Shown here in pieces: positions 13,638-23,884 of a stretch of 29,513 nucleotides of DNA; position 1 is the first letter of the stretch; every line of letters begins with the position of its first letter. Origin of the DNA: a virus (taxonomy: Duplodnaviria; Caudoviricetes). Below the pieces are notes generated by a model. It searched no databases, was not told where the DNA came from, and was given only the letters and a program-made list of their open reading frames with translations. The translations under genes and the position numbers were made by a program. Where the stretch lies: positions 1 through 29,513 of the IMG/VR virus record IMGVR_UViG_3300032103_000051; one strand, given 5' to 3'.

Positions 13638-15930
13638 TCTTGCGGTTATCGGCATTGAGGCCAGATCTGATTCCGTAGTCAAGGCGGCGAAGGATCTTGA
13701 CCAGCTTTCCGCCGCATCGGATCGCGCTGAGGTTTCCGTTCAGGGCACGACGAATGCCGCAAAAATGCTTGATGCGGCGGCAGAAAGGGCCGCACTTGCT
13801 GTGTCGGAACAAGAAGCGGCGGCAAAACGACTTGCGCAGACTGAACAAAGGCTTGCGGCTGAAACGCAGAGAACATCCGCCGCGACCACGGCAGCGGAAG
13901 CTGCGGCGCACAATGCCGAAGCGGCGCTATTGCGAACGGAAGCTGCGGCAACGCGGGCGGCTGCGGCTGAGGAAAAGCTCGCCGCAGCGCAAAATGCGGC
14001 GGCGAGCGCGTCCAAGATGGCCGCCGCAGCGCAAAATGCGGCGGCTGGTCACCTGACTACAGCGTCAGGTGTGATGGGGAAACTCGCCGCAAACAGCAAT
14101 CTTGCGCAGCACCAAATGCAAAATCTGTCATATCAGTTGACGGACGTTGCCATGATGCTTGCCAGTGGTCAGAATCCATTCATGACCATGATGCAACAGG
14201 GACCGCAGATTGTTCAGGCATTTGGTCCTGGAACTGGTGTTACTGCGATTTTCCGTGGTCTAATCTCGACAATCGGCATGATGGTGGCGCCGTTTCTTCC
14301 GGTTATTGCTGTTGTCGGTGTGCTTGGTCTTGCGCTTCGCACGGTCAAGGACGACGCGCAGAGCATGACGACTGCGACCGTGACTTGGGGACACATGATC
14401 CACGGCGCTTTTGCCGAGGCCGGCGCCCGGATTCACGCGACGTTCGGGCCGGCGCTCGACCTGATCGGCAATGGCATGACCGTTGCCGGCAACATCATCA
14501 TTCGCATCATTGACCTCAACATCAATTCGGTGCGGGCGTTGGCGCACGTCATCAATACGGTTCTCGGGGCGGCATATGCTTCGCTCGAGCCTATTGTCCG
14601 GCCTGCGATTGATGCGATGGTTTCAGGGTTCGCCACGGTGCGAGCCAAGGTTGGCGAGGCCGCGAAATGGATCGAAAGCAGCTTTAGCGCGGCGTTTGAC
14701 AAGGTCGCATCTATTTGGGCAATGCTTCCGAGTGTAATCAAGTCGGCGGCGATCGGTGCTGTTAATGTTGTCGTGGCGAACATAAACATCATGGTCGAGA
14801 AGGCTGCGGCTGGCATCAACTATTTAATCAGCCTTGCCAACCAGGTCCCAGGCCTGAATCTTTCGCCCGTGAATGAAAAGGCTCTGAATATTCCGACGCT
14901 GCCGGATACTGCTCTTGATGACGCCGAGAAAAAGGCGGGAACCGTCGCGCGGATGATTGGCTCTGCCTTCGGGCGCGCTGGCGATGAAATCAAAAAGGCA
15001 GGTGCTGCGGTCAAGAGTGAGGTCGACGCGGTTAATGCGATCATGAGTGAAAGCCCTGTTGGAAGTTTCTTGCAGGGCGCGGCCAAGCGTGCGGCGGGCT
15101 TTGCGGAAGCTGACGCAAAAAAGAAAAAGGGTGGCGGCGGATCAAAGGCCGAACAGCGAGACCCGTACGCCGAAATCCTCAAGAGTCAGCGGCAGTATAT
15201 CGACGGTCTGAACCTTGAGGCGCAGACGGTTGGCATGGCTGAGGAAGCGGCGATGCGCCTGAGAATTGAGCAAGATTTGCTCAATAAGGCGGCAAACGAC
15301 AACATCAAGCTGACTCCGCTACAGACTGCCGAGCTTCGTGCGCTGGCGGCTGAAACGGCGGCGGCTGAGATGAATGTCAAAAGCCTCAAAGAATCCATGG
15401 ACTTCGCCAAGGATTTGACGGGTGGCTTTTTCAGTGACATGAAAAGCGGCCTGATGCAAGGCAAAGGTTTGTGGAAGTCTTTTGCTGATGCTGCGACCAA
15501 CGCGCTGAATAAAATACTGGATAAAATGCTGGACATGGCAGTAAATAGCCTGTTCAGCGGCGGTAGTTTCTGGTCTGGACTGTTTTCTATATTTGGCGGA
15601 TCGCCCGGCGGGGCATTCAGCCCGACAATGATGGTTGGCGCTCGTGCGGCTGGTGGTCCGGTCATGCAGGGCCAGCCCTACATGGTGGGCGAGCGCGGAC
15701 CGGAACTCATGGTGCCGACGACGGCAGGTCGCGTGGTTCCGACGCACAAATTGCAGGCAGGCGGCGGGTCAAATACTGTGCTGAATTACGCTCCTGTCAT
15801 CAATGCTCAGGGGGCGGACGCGGCAAAGATCGACCAGCTTCGGGCCGAATTGCAGGCACAAAAGCGGGACTTTTCGCGCATGGTCGATGCCAGATTGTAT
15901 CAGCGCGACGCTAGAGCGGTGAGGGCGTGA
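13630..15930 (+). CDS. Tail tape measure protein
   Basis: 766 aa, Ala-rich and helical, with a lambda-like TMP N-terminal motif (QL.DV...LASGQ.PF....QQGPQI) and C-terminal GARAAGGPV...VGERGPEL. Confidence 0.92.
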   Translation: MADLAVIGIEARSDSVVKAAKDLDQLSAASDRAEVSVQGTTNAAKMLDAAAERAALAVSEQEAAAKRLAQTEQRLAAETQRTSAATTAAEAAAHNAEAALLRTEAAATRAAAAEEKLAAAQNAAASASKMAAAAQNAAAGHLTTASGVMGKLAANSNLAQHQMQNLSYQLTDVAMMLASGQNPFMTMMQQGPQIVQAFGPGTGVTAIFRGLISTIGMMVAPFLPVIAVVGVLGLALRTVKDDAQSMTTATVTWGHMIHGAFAEAGARIHATFGPALDLIGNGMTVAGNIIIRIIDLNINSVRALAHVINTVLGAAYASLEPIVRPAIDAMVSGFATVRAKVGEAAKWIESSFSAAFDKVASIWAMLPSVIKSAAIGAVNVVVANINIMVEKAAAGINYLISLANQVPGLNLSPVNEKALNIPTLPDTALDDAEKKAGTVARMIGSAFGRAGDEIKKAGAAVKSEVDAVNAIMSESPVGSFLQGAAKRAAGFAEADAKKKKGGGGSKAEQRDPYAEILKSQRQYIDGLNLEAQTVGMAEEAAMRLRIEQDLLNKAANDNIKLTPLQTAELRALAAETAAAEMNVKSLKESMDFAKDLTGGFFSDMKSGLMQGKGLWKSFADAATNALNKILDKMLDMAVNSLFSGGSFWSGLFSIFGGSPGGAFSPTMMVGARAAGGPVMQGQPYMVGERGPELMVPTTAGRVVPTHKLQAGGGSNTVLNYAPVINAQGADAAKIDQLRAELQAQKRDFSRMVDARLYQRDARAVRA

Positions 15931-15931
15931 C

Positions 15932-16657
15932 ATGGCTAGGCTGATCGCATGGGCGCCGGGACTGCAATATATCACCATGGAACCGCTTAGCGGGCCGAGA
16001 ACTATTGGTTCGGGCGCAAGCCAAAGCATCGGCGGATATACGCAATCTGTCGCCTCGCCTTTTGGTCTGTGGCGCTGGAAGTTTGGTTTTGCGCCGATGC
16101 GAGGCGACGGACTCAGGCGCTATCGAGGGATGGTTGCTGCGTTGCATGGTGGCGCCAATGCCGTCCGTGTGCCGATCTATGACCCTGACATGATTACCAA
16201 TGTGCATTCTCTTGGTATTGGCAACGTTAACGGTGTGACATTTGACAATGGTTTGGGCTGGCGGATCGGTGGCACGTCGCGACCGTTCCGGGTGTCGCGC
16301 TCACCTGTGGCGCTGACCATGGCGCTAAGCGTCGGCTCGACCAATGTCAGTCTGGATCCGTCCGGCTGGGGCGGTACGCTGGATGTAGGCAGTTACATCA
16401 GCTTTTGGCCTGATTACTTCGGCCTTCATGTCGTCACGCAGGTTTATGCTCCGGGTGAGTATAAAGTGTGGCCTCCGGTTCGGCGGGCTAGAACCACGTC
16501 GGACTATGCGACGCTAGACCCGGTACTGGCAATGCGTCTAGAGAGTGAGGAAGCGGGCGCAACGTCGCGTGGTCAATGGCTGGCTGAAGGTCTCACACTG
16601 ACCATGGTCGAGGTGGAGGATGCGGACGTGCGGTCATACTTTGCGGATGCTGCATAA
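15932..16657 (+). CDS. Distal tail (Dit-like) protein
   Basis: 241 aa, beta-rich, immediately after the TMP. Call rests mainly on synteny. Confidence 0.6.
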   Translation: MARLIAWAPGLQYITMEPLSGPRTIGSGASQSIGGYTQSVASPFGLWRWKFGFAPMRGDGLRRYRGMVAALHGGANAVRVPIYDPDMITNVHSLGIGNVNGVTFDNGLGWRIGGTSRPFRVSRSPVALTMALSVGSTNVSLDPSGWGGTLDVGSYISFWPDYFGLHVVTQVYAPGEYKVWPPVRRARTTSDYATLDPVLAMRLESEEAGATSRGQWLAEGLTLTMVEVEDADVRSYFADAA

Positions 16658-17232
16658 TGGCGAGCCTCTTCACCTCCGGTCAGATTGCAGCTTTGCGCGC
16701 GCCTCACGTCAATCGGGCATGGTTTGTGGCGCTTGATTTGCCGAGCGGTATGCTCAGGATGCATAATGGCGTGGGATCTGTCACGGCTGGCGGATATACT
16801 TGGCGCGGCGTGTCAAATCCTACCGGTGGACGGCTGGTGTCTATCGGGTCCATCGAGGAACCACGTTTTGGCGCGGCTGCGGCGATTGCGCTGGTCATCT
16901 CCGGCGTCGATGTTGCATTTTTGCAGTCCGTCAAAGACGCGGCTCGCACAATGGAAGGCCGCCCAGCCTATGTCTATTTTGGAATGTTTGACGCCGAGAC
17001 GCAAGAAATCATCGGCAATCTTGTTCCGGTCTTTCCGTCTGGCCTCGTGAGTTCGCCAAGTATGCAGAGATCTGACGGCGTGCGAACTGTGTCAATTACG
17101 ATTGAAAGCATATTTGGGACACGCAAATACATGCCGGGCGGTAAATGGAATGCTGCGGGGCAACGTCAAAGATTTGCGGGCGACAAGTTTTTCGACTTGA
17201 CGACCGCGAAAGTGAAGGAAATCTGGAAATGA
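16657..17232 (+). CDS. Tail tip/baseplate hub protein (gpL-like)
   Basis: Synteny. G.TW.G and Q..RF.GD.FF motifs are typical of this minor tail family. Confidence 0.6.
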   Translation: MASLFTSGQIAALRAPHVNRAWFVALDLPSGMLRMHNGVGSVTAGGYTWRGVSNPTGGRLVSIGSIEEPRFGAAAAIALVISGVDVAFLQSVKDAARTMEGRPAYVYFGMFDAETQEIIGNLVPVFPSGLVSSPSMQRSDGVRTVSITIESIFGTRKYMPGGKWNAAGQRQRFAGDKFFDLTTAKVKEIWK

Positions 17233-17639
17233 CGCGCGCCGAAAAGCTCATGGCCTATGTTGAGGATTCGGCGGGGCGTCCTGCCACTTGGGGCGTGTCC
17301 GACTGCTCAATGTGGGTGGCTCGCTGGATCGAGTATGTGACAGATCGGACGGTTCCGGCGCCGCATTACATAGGCGAGGAGCATGGGCGCGCGCTGATCG
17401 CGGCTCATTCCGGCGGCATGGTCGGTCTGTGGTCAGATCTGGCCGAGCGAGTCGGGTTTTTGCCGACGTCGTTTCTGTCGCTGGAAGTGGGTGACGTGTG
17501 CCTCATTGACACAGGTCGATATGGTCCGGTAGGTGCGATTTGGGGCGGACATGGTTGCGCCTACTGGCGGACGCTGTATGGTGTGACCATGATACAGCCG
17601 CGACCGGATCGAGTTATTGCGGCATGGGCGGTGCCATGA
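17229..17639 (+). CDS. NlpC/P60-like tail tip assembly protein (gpK/DUF6950-like)
   Basis: ATGA-coupled start (MTRAEKL), WG.SDC..WV..W motif and GD. Confidence 0.7.
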   Translation: MTRAEKLMAYVEDSAGRPATWGVSDCSMWVARWIEYVTDRTVPAPHYIGEEHGRALIAAHSGGMVGLWSDLAERVGFLPTSFLSLEVGDVCLIDTGRYGPVGAIWGGHGCAYWRTLYGVTMIQPRPDRVIAAWAVP

Positions 17640-19816
17640 TGACGCGGCTTCTACTGGCGATTACTCTCATTGTTGCATCGGCTGGGGCGGCACATGCCGA
17701 GCCGGTCACTGCAACATTTGCAGCAATCAGCGCTTTTCTGTCGTCCACCACGATTGCGGGCGTGTCTCTGAGCACGATTTTGCAGGTGGCGGCCTTTGCG
17801 GCTGGCGTGGCGCTGCAAGCGCTTGGCGGCGGTCGGAAAGCAATTGACCCAGGCGAGGCGAAAAGTACGCTGGATCTGGCCGAGGGTGAAGAACTTCGGG
17901 CAGTTGGTCGCGTTCTAATCGGCGGACTGAAAGTATACGGAAATTCAACGGGTTACGACCGGTACCGGGTGATTGCGCATTGCAAAGGCGAGATTGCCGC
18001 AATCGAGGATTACCGCGTGGGCGGTCGGTCTGTCATTGTCGAGCCTGACGGGGCCGTGTCTTCCCCGCCCTATGTCATCCCCGGCAATAGCTCTTACGTC
18101 TACGTCTTGTCTAAACTTGGAACATCTACCGAGACGGCTTACTCGGCTCTTGTGTCTGCTTTCCCGGACATTTGGACGACTGATCATCGCGGGAGAGGCG
18201 TGGCGCAATCGCTGATCAAGTATATCTCTCCCGGCATCACGTCGCAGAAGTTCGGGCGCATGTATCAGGGTGGCGAGCCTGAATTGCAGCTTTTGATCCG
18301 TGGCGAGGAAGTATATGACCCGCGAACCGACACCACAGCATGGACCGACAATTCTATTCTGATCATCCGTCACGTTTTGCTTGGTTTTCCTGAGTGGAGC
18401 GCGGATTATCTTGATGATGATTTCATCGCCGATGAAGCGGATCGAGCCGATGAATTGGTGGATACGCTGACCGGGACGGAAAAGCGGTCTCGACTGTGGG
18501 GCATTTGGTCGTCCGAGACGGGCCGAGAAGACGTGCTTGACAGCATGCTCCGGAGCGCAGGCGCTTGGATCGTCATGCGTCCTTCGGGCAAATGGGGCAT
18601 TCAGCTTATTGACGATGATCAATCGGCAGAATTTACTTTTGTCGAGCGTGATATATTGGACTGGACTTGGAAGTCCGGCCCGGATGGTGTGTCGCGCCCT
18701 AATATTTGCCGCGTGAAATACTATTCGCCAGAGAATAATTACGAAATGGCCGAGATCAACACTGGCTATGGCACGGCAGGCGGTACGTGGGCGCGCATCG
18801 AGGATGAAATCACACGATATGGCCCGAAACCGCTAGATCTTGATCTTTTGTTCTGTCCTTCGGCAAGTCAAGCGCAGAGAGTTGCGCGATTGGCCTTTGC
18901 GCGGGCGCGGGCAGATGTCGGGTCGATTAAGTCGAGCATGGTCGGCATGGCGGCGTGGGGAGCGCGGACTGCACTTATTCCGATGCCTGATCTTGGCGGA
19001 TCGATTGTGGCCGAGATCGAGGCGCCGCGCATCGGTGCGGATGATGTTGCGGTGGATATCCCGTATCGGGTTTGGCCGACGCTTGCGGCGTGGGACCCGG
19101 AGACGATGGAGAGTCCGGCGCCTGAAATCGTGCCTGACTTGGCCTATCAGTCTGAAGTTCCGACGCCGGGCGCCATGTCCAATGCTATCGTCGTGCAGTA
19201 TATCGGCGGTGGATACGAGACGCGCGTCCTGATCGATCCGCCGATTTTGACGGCAGGCTCGCCTCCGACGGTGCCTGCGACATATTACACGACCGAGGCG
19301 TCATACCGCACATTCACAGACGATCTGCCAAATCCTTGGCAATCGATGACGGAAGTCATAAACGGAACGTATGAGTACAATTTTGCGTATATTTCTAGCA
19401 GTCTAGTCGGGGCTGAATGTGAGTTTAGATCATTTGCGTTCAACGCCGATGAGGATGGATCCAATTCAAGCCCGGCCTATTCTGTTGTACCGGCTCTATC
19501 TACTGGGGCGCCTAGCGCGCCGACAATTACTGCTGAAACTGAAAATACTGGCAGTAACGTTAACATTACTTTGACTGTTCGGGCGCCGGCTGACATCAAG
19601 GTTGTTCGGCTTGAGCTTTCGGGCCTCAAAGAATATCCGAGCACAAATGAGACGACGCAAATAAACGTCCGCCCGAACGAGACGATTGTCCGGACAATTA
19701 CTGTTCCGGCTTTGCTTTCGAGTATTGTCACGATAACTTGGACTGCGCGTTGCTATTCGACCGGCAATGTGGCATCTTCCGACGTGACGTATACGTACGA
19801 AATCCCTGCGGCATAA
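17636..19816 (+). CDS. Central tail tip/host-specificity protein (gpJ-like)
   Basis: ATGA-coupled start (MMTRLL), G..VYDPR...TAWTDN and QAQR.AR motifs, FN3-like C-terminus. Confidence 0.8.
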   Translation: MMTRLLLAITLIVASAGAAHAEPVTATFAAISAFLSSTTIAGVSLSTILQVAAFAAGVALQALGGGRKAIDPGEAKSTLDLAEGEELRAVGRVLIGGLKVYGNSTGYDRYRVIAHCKGEIAAIEDYRVGGRSVIVEPDGAVSSPPYVIPGNSSYVYVLSKLGTSTETAYSALVSAFPDIWTTDHRGRGVAQSLIKYISPGITSQKFGRMYQGGEPELQLLIRGEEVYDPRTDTTAWTDNSILIIRHVLLGFPEWSADYLDDDFIADEADRADELVDTLTGTEKRSRLWGIWSSETGREDVLDSMLRSAGAWIVMRPSGKWGIQLIDDDQSAEFTFVERDILDWTWKSGPDGVSRPNICRVKYYSPENNYEMAEINTGYGTAGGTWARIEDEITRYGPKPLDLDLLFCPSASQAQRVARLAFARARADVGSIKSSMVGMAAWGARTALIPMPDLGGSIVAEIEAPRIGADDVAVDIPYRVWPTLAAWDPETMESPAPEIVPDLAYQSEVPTPGAMSNAIVVQYIGGGYETRVLIDPPILTAGSPPTVPATYYTTEASYRTFTDDLPNPWQSMTEVINGTYEYNFAYISSSLVGAECEFRSFAFNADEDGSNSSPAYSVVPALSTGAPSAPTITAETENTGSNVNITLTVRAPADIKVVRLELSGLKEYPSTNETTQINVRPNETIVRTITVPALLSSIVTITWTARCYSTGNVASSDVTYTYEIPAA

Positions 19817-19829
19817 TAGAGGGTCCGGC

Positions 19830-22301
19830 ATGACTATTGGTATTACTGCATCTGCCGGCACTATTCTGGCGCCGACCGACACTGCCGGGGCGCCGCGCTC
19901 GCCTTCGCTGGCAGAAATGCAGCGGTGGGGCGTCGAGGTGGAAGCGCTGCTAAATGGCGTGATGACCAATGTAGCCGTGTTCGACACGCGGTCTAACCTC
20001 AACGCTGATCTTGCGTGGCCGGCAAATACTATGGCTTGGGTGGTGGCTGACGCCACTGCCTCCAATATCGGCCTCTACCGCAAGAGCGGCGCCTCCGGGT
20101 CCGGTTCGTGGGCGCGGATTGGTGACATTCCTTACAATGACGTAAACGTCAGCCAAGCTATTGCGGCGGCGGCGGAAGCGGCGGCATCTGTGGCGAGTGC
20201 GTCGGGCTATGCCGATGATGCGGCAGAAAGCGCGGCAACTGCATTGGGCGCTCTTTCGGCAGTGCAACAGACTGAGGAAGTATTTGACGGCGGATCGTCG
20301 TCTTATACTTTGAGCTACACGCCGGAATCTGAGGATGTCCTGACGGTCATCGTGCACGGTGTCGTGCAACCGAATGGCGATTACGTCCTGACTGGCGATG
20401 TCATCGATTTTGGCGAGACCGTTCCGGCTGGTACTGGGGCGGTTGTGGTTCGAGGGCGCGTTGCGGCGGGCGGCGCGGCTGCGGCAACCTCCACCATCAC
20501 CGGACATCCTGTCGCTGGTGAAGCCGGCGGATTCGGCACCGAGTCTGGTGTCATGCCGCTGGCGATCGACGATCGCGGCATGGTGACCATGCCTAGCCGA
20601 GCAATGGCGCCGAAGGTGGCGACGTTCTCGGCTTTTGGCGCGGTTCATCTTGCTTTGGCGCCTGCGAATAGTGGATCGACAGAGTATTCAGGGTTTTATA
20701 CGCTTCGCTCCACTGATGCAGCGGCGATTCCCCTGCAATGGTCTCCCTATCGTCAGTTTGCGGCGGGTCCTGTCGAAATTGCCGATGATCGCGTGTGGTG
20801 TCCGGCGCCTATGTCGCACGACGGGCTTGGGGCGATGGCGGTCTATCCTTGGTCCGCGAATGTCCGCCGGGCCGCCGCGGTGGACGGGGTGATGCGCCTC
20901 CTGATCGTGGCCGGCCAGTCGCTGGGCGAGGGATCGGAAAGCGGCGGGCCGGCGGTGTCGGGCGTCACCGTGCAGGGCTGGGCGGCGCAACGGATTTTCG
21001 GCGGTGTCGCAGCTCCGTCTAATCTCTGGATGTTCAATGGCGGGCTGTTCAAGCCGGGTGCATCTACTGCCATATCTGTGCCGTCGATTAACAATACATC
21101 GGCGCAGTCAAGTCTTGTGGCGGCTGCGGATAGTCTACACGTTCCGGGAAGCGCTACGAATACTCCGGTTCCAATTTATAACTCTGCCGGCACGCAGATT
21201 GCGACGGGATACACTCACAGTTCGTCAAAGGTTCTTGCAGCGATTGCTGGCCTTTCTTGGGGCGCGGATGCTGCCTCGCCATTCGGCACGGATTGGGCTG
21301 GCGTCAACCTGAGCTACGGCGGGCAGTCGATCAATTATTTTATCCCGGCGGCTGACGGCGGCGTCAATGGCTTGGGCGCCGAGGCGCGGTGGTATGATGA
21401 TATCTATATCACCACGATAGAGCGCTACGTCACGGCAGCAACGGCGGCTGGTAAAACGGCACGAGTCGAGTATATAGACCGCGACCAGATTCAGGCCGAT
21501 CACAATGAAATGACTGCGGCGCAGTATAGAACGAAACTTGATCTTCTGTGCGACCGTCTTATCAGTGGCGCGCGGGCTGAAACTGGGCAGACTACTGGTC
21601 CGTATATCCTTCAAGAACAGGCAACATTGTGGTGTTCCAGCGGGAATATTTACGGACGCCCTGTCAATAGCACCTCTCCGCTAAGTCATGAAGTGCTGGC
21701 GAAAGGCATCTCTACGGATACTGATGATGCCGATTACGTCATCACCGGTCCGGCCTACATGTGGCGCTATGTCGGTGGCTATCACCTTGAGACTGTGAGC
21801 TACACCGAGCGGGCCGAGAAATTTGCCTATGTCGCGACTGCGGATGCGGCTAAGCGCGCGCGGGGTGCTGGCAAATGGATGCCGGTGCATGTGACGGGCG
21901 TTCGCCTTGAGGGTGCTGTCCTGATCGCGACGTGTCATGTTGAGCATGGACCGCTAGTAATAGACACGGACACGCTTCCACTCGCTACCGGTTGGGGCTT
22001 CGAGCTTGCCGCGACGACGGGGACCGTGCCGAGCATTCTCGCCTGTGAGATTGCCAGCAATGGCTTCGAGGTTCGCCTGACGCTTTCGTCAGCTTGGTCT
22101 GGCACGGGCCGCGAAGTGCGGATTGCCGACACGACATCTGACGCGGCTGGGTGGCGGACGGATGACCTGTCGCCTGCGACGCCATGGCAGCATCAGGGCG
22201 CGCGCACCAATATCCGAGATTCGGCCCCGTGGTCGAGCCGTGTCACTGGCGCGCGGCTGGCAAATTGGCTGTGTCATCAGATCGTGACCATTGCAGACTG
22301 A
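19830..22301 (+). CDS. Receptor-binding protein with putative SGNH/sialate O-acetylesterase-like domain
   Basis: N-terminal virion anchor and coiled stretch, then an Ig-like segment, then LIVAGQSL (block I Ser), GGQSI (block II) and YHL...Y (block V His). Confidence 0.65.
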   Translation: MTIGITASAGTILAPTDTAGAPRSPSLAEMQRWGVEVEALLNGVMTNVAVFDTRSNLNADLAWPANTMAWVVADATASNIGLYRKSGASGSGSWARIGDIPYNDVNVSQAIAAAAEAAASVASASGYADDAAESAATALGALSAVQQTEEVFDGGSSSYTLSYTPESEDVLTVIVHGVVQPNGDYVLTGDVIDFGETVPAGTGAVVVRGRVAAGGAAAATSTITGHPVAGEAGGFGTESGVMPLAIDDRGMVTMPSRAMAPKVATFSAFGAVHLALAPANSGSTEYSGFYTLRSTDAAAIPLQWSPYRQFAAGPVEIADDRVWCPAPMSHDGLGAMAVYPWSANVRRAAAVDGVMRLLIVAGQSLGEGSESGGPAVSGVTVQGWAAQRIFGGVAAPSNLWMFNGGLFKPGASTAISVPSINNTSAQSSLVAAADSLHVPGSATNTPVPIYNSAGTQIATGYTHSSSKVLAAIAGLSWGADAASPFGTDWAGVNLSYGGQSINYFIPAADGGVNGLGAEARWYDDIYITTIERYVTAATAAGKTARVEYIDRDQIQADHNEMTAAQYRTKLDLLCDRLISGARAETGQTTGPYILQEQATLWCSSGNIYGRPVNSTSPLSHEVLAKGISTDTDDADYVITGPAYMWRYVGGYHLETVSYTERAEKFAYVATADAAKRARGAGKWMPVHVTGVRLEGAVLIATCHVEHGPLVIDTDTLPLATGWGFELAATTGTVPSILACEIASNGFEVRLTLSSAWSGTGREVRIADTTSDAAGWRTDDLSPATPWQHQGARTNIRDSAPWSSRVTGARLANWLCHQIVTIAD

Positions 22302-22312
22302 GAGGGCTAGCC

Positions 22313-23209
22313 ATGTCGTTTTTGCAAATCGCCGATAATGGCGCAAAATTCGGGGTCGAAGGTGTCCGGCTGGATTCCATTGATCGCACCATCCTCTCTG
22401 AGCCGTCTATCGTCGCGGCGCTGATTCCGCGTGCTGATAATGCCAGCCGTGAGATTGGGGGGGCAACCTCCTCCACGCGACGGGTGCGGGTGCGTGATTC
22501 CGTCGCTCCGGGTGTCGTGTGGCGCAGTCGTGGCGGCTCGTCATCGAGCGAGGGAAATGGCACGACATTCGACCATTCTACTCTGCCCGGGTCCCGTGTT
22601 ATTGCCGTTGCATCCGGGGCGCGGGGCTACATCTCTACATATACTGCGAACTCAGCGGATACTGAAATTGACGCGACCGGAGCACTTGCAGGCCTGAGTA
22701 TTCGGCCTGCGGCAACTGGCGGCGTGTCAATGATGGGCCTGATCCGCTACAGCACCGATGCTTTTTCGCGGGTTGCGTCGCTCAATGACGGAACGCGATT
22801 TATCAATGTCGGTCCGCGCGGGTTGTCTGGCAATAAATGGTATGCAACTGCGGGCGCAGCATCGTCGCCAGCAACAAGCACGTTCCTCAATCTCAACACT
22901 CAGGCAAGCATAAATGCTTGGCATCTGTGGTGGGTGTCGGTCGATTACGCGACCGGATTGCTGCGCGCCGGCGTGGATACCGTCAATATTGCGTCGTCAC
23001 GGGCAGGGTCGAGGTCTTATACTGTCTCTACTGATTTTCCCGTCAATGTCACGGCTGCGAATATTGGGTGGGTGCAAGGAATTGCAGGATCAACGCCACT
23101 GTGGATCGGGCCGACGTTGGTCTTCGACCGCGCAATCGGGACCGACACTCGCATCCTGAATACTGTTGGCACGGCGCTTGCCGCGCGGGCGAATATTACG
23201 CTGGGGTAA
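22313..23209 (+). CDS. Putative tail-associated lectin-like (ConA/LamG-like) protein
   Basis: GAGGG RBS before MSFLQIAD. Beta-rich, and NAWHLWWVSVD...LRAGVD resembles the LamG WH motif. Confidence 0.5.
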   Translation: MSFLQIADNGAKFGVEGVRLDSIDRTILSEPSIVAALIPRADNASREIGGATSSTRRVRVRDSVAPGVVWRSRGGSSSSEGNGTTFDHSTLPGSRVIAVASGARGYISTYTANSADTEIDATGALAGLSIRPAATGGVSMMGLIRYSTDAFSRVASLNDGTRFINVGPRGLSGNKWYATAGAASSPATSTFLNLNTQASINAWHLWWVSVDYATGLLRAGVDTVNIASSRAGSRSYTVSTDFPVNVTAANIGWVQGIAGSTPLWIGPTLVFDRAIGTDTRILNTVGTALAARANITLG

Positions 23210-23215
23210 CCGATC

Positions 23216-23878
23216 ATGAAGCGCACTCCCACAACTATGATCGAGGTTGGCACCACGGCGCGGCTTGTCGGGCGCACCACGTCCGGGGCTGGCGCGGCTG
23301 AATTGGTCAGCGTAAACAATGGCTTGGAGCTTTCCGGCTCGACCATCGGCATTGCATCGGCTGGCGTCACGCTGGCACGCATGGCTAATCTTGCGGATGG
23401 AACTGTGATCGGGCGAGCGAGCGGCGCGGGCACTGGTGTGCCTGTCGCTCTTACTGCGGCTGATCTACAGACTATACTTGGCACGACTCACGATACTTGG
23501 ACGCCTGCGCTTGCCGGTACCGGCGGATCGTCGCCTACCTACACGCGACAAGTCGGATATCGGCGCATCGAGACGTGCGGCTCGTGGCGCCGCGTGTGGC
23601 TGTCCTTCGACATCGCGGTCACCGGCGCCATCGGTCTGACTGGTCCGCTTACGGTCACGGGTGGGGGCTATACGCCGAGCGCCACCTTCGAGGGCCTGCT
23701 CGGCATTGCGCCGGACAGCGGGACCGGAGTGACCGGCGTCAATTGTCGCATGACGTCATCGGCGCAGACTGTGGCGCTACGCAAACAGACTTCGACCGGC
23801 TGGACTAATCTTGATGCCGCCGATGTCGGGTCAGATGTCGTCATAATCGGTCAGATTACTTTCGCGACTGCGCTGTGA
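23216..23878 (+). CDS. Putative tail fibre protein
   Basis: Gly/Thr/Ala-rich, with duplicated GR...G.G fibre repeats and a TWTP...Y..QVG C-terminal module. Confidence 0.55.
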   Translation: MKRTPTTMIEVGTTARLVGRTTSGAGAAELVSVNNGLELSGSTIGIASAGVTLARMANLADGTVIGRASGAGTGVPVALTAADLQTILGTTHDTWTPALAGTGGSSPTYTRQVGYRRIETCGSWRRVWLSFDIAVTGAIGLTGPLTVTGGGYTPSATFEGLLGIAPDSGTGVTGVNCRMTSSAQTVALRKQTSTGWTNLDAADVGSDVVIIGQITFATAL

Positions 23879-23884
23879 GGCACC

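Noticed and set aside
13981-14045. 23-bp direct repeat GCCGCAGCGCAAAATGCGGCGGC
   Set aside because: In-frame AAAQNAA repeat within the tape measure protein, which is ordinary for this protein class.
17636-23878. Diversity-generating retroelement or invertible tail-fibre cassette
   Set aside because: No reverse transcriptase, invertase, TR/VR pair or flanking inverted repeats seen.
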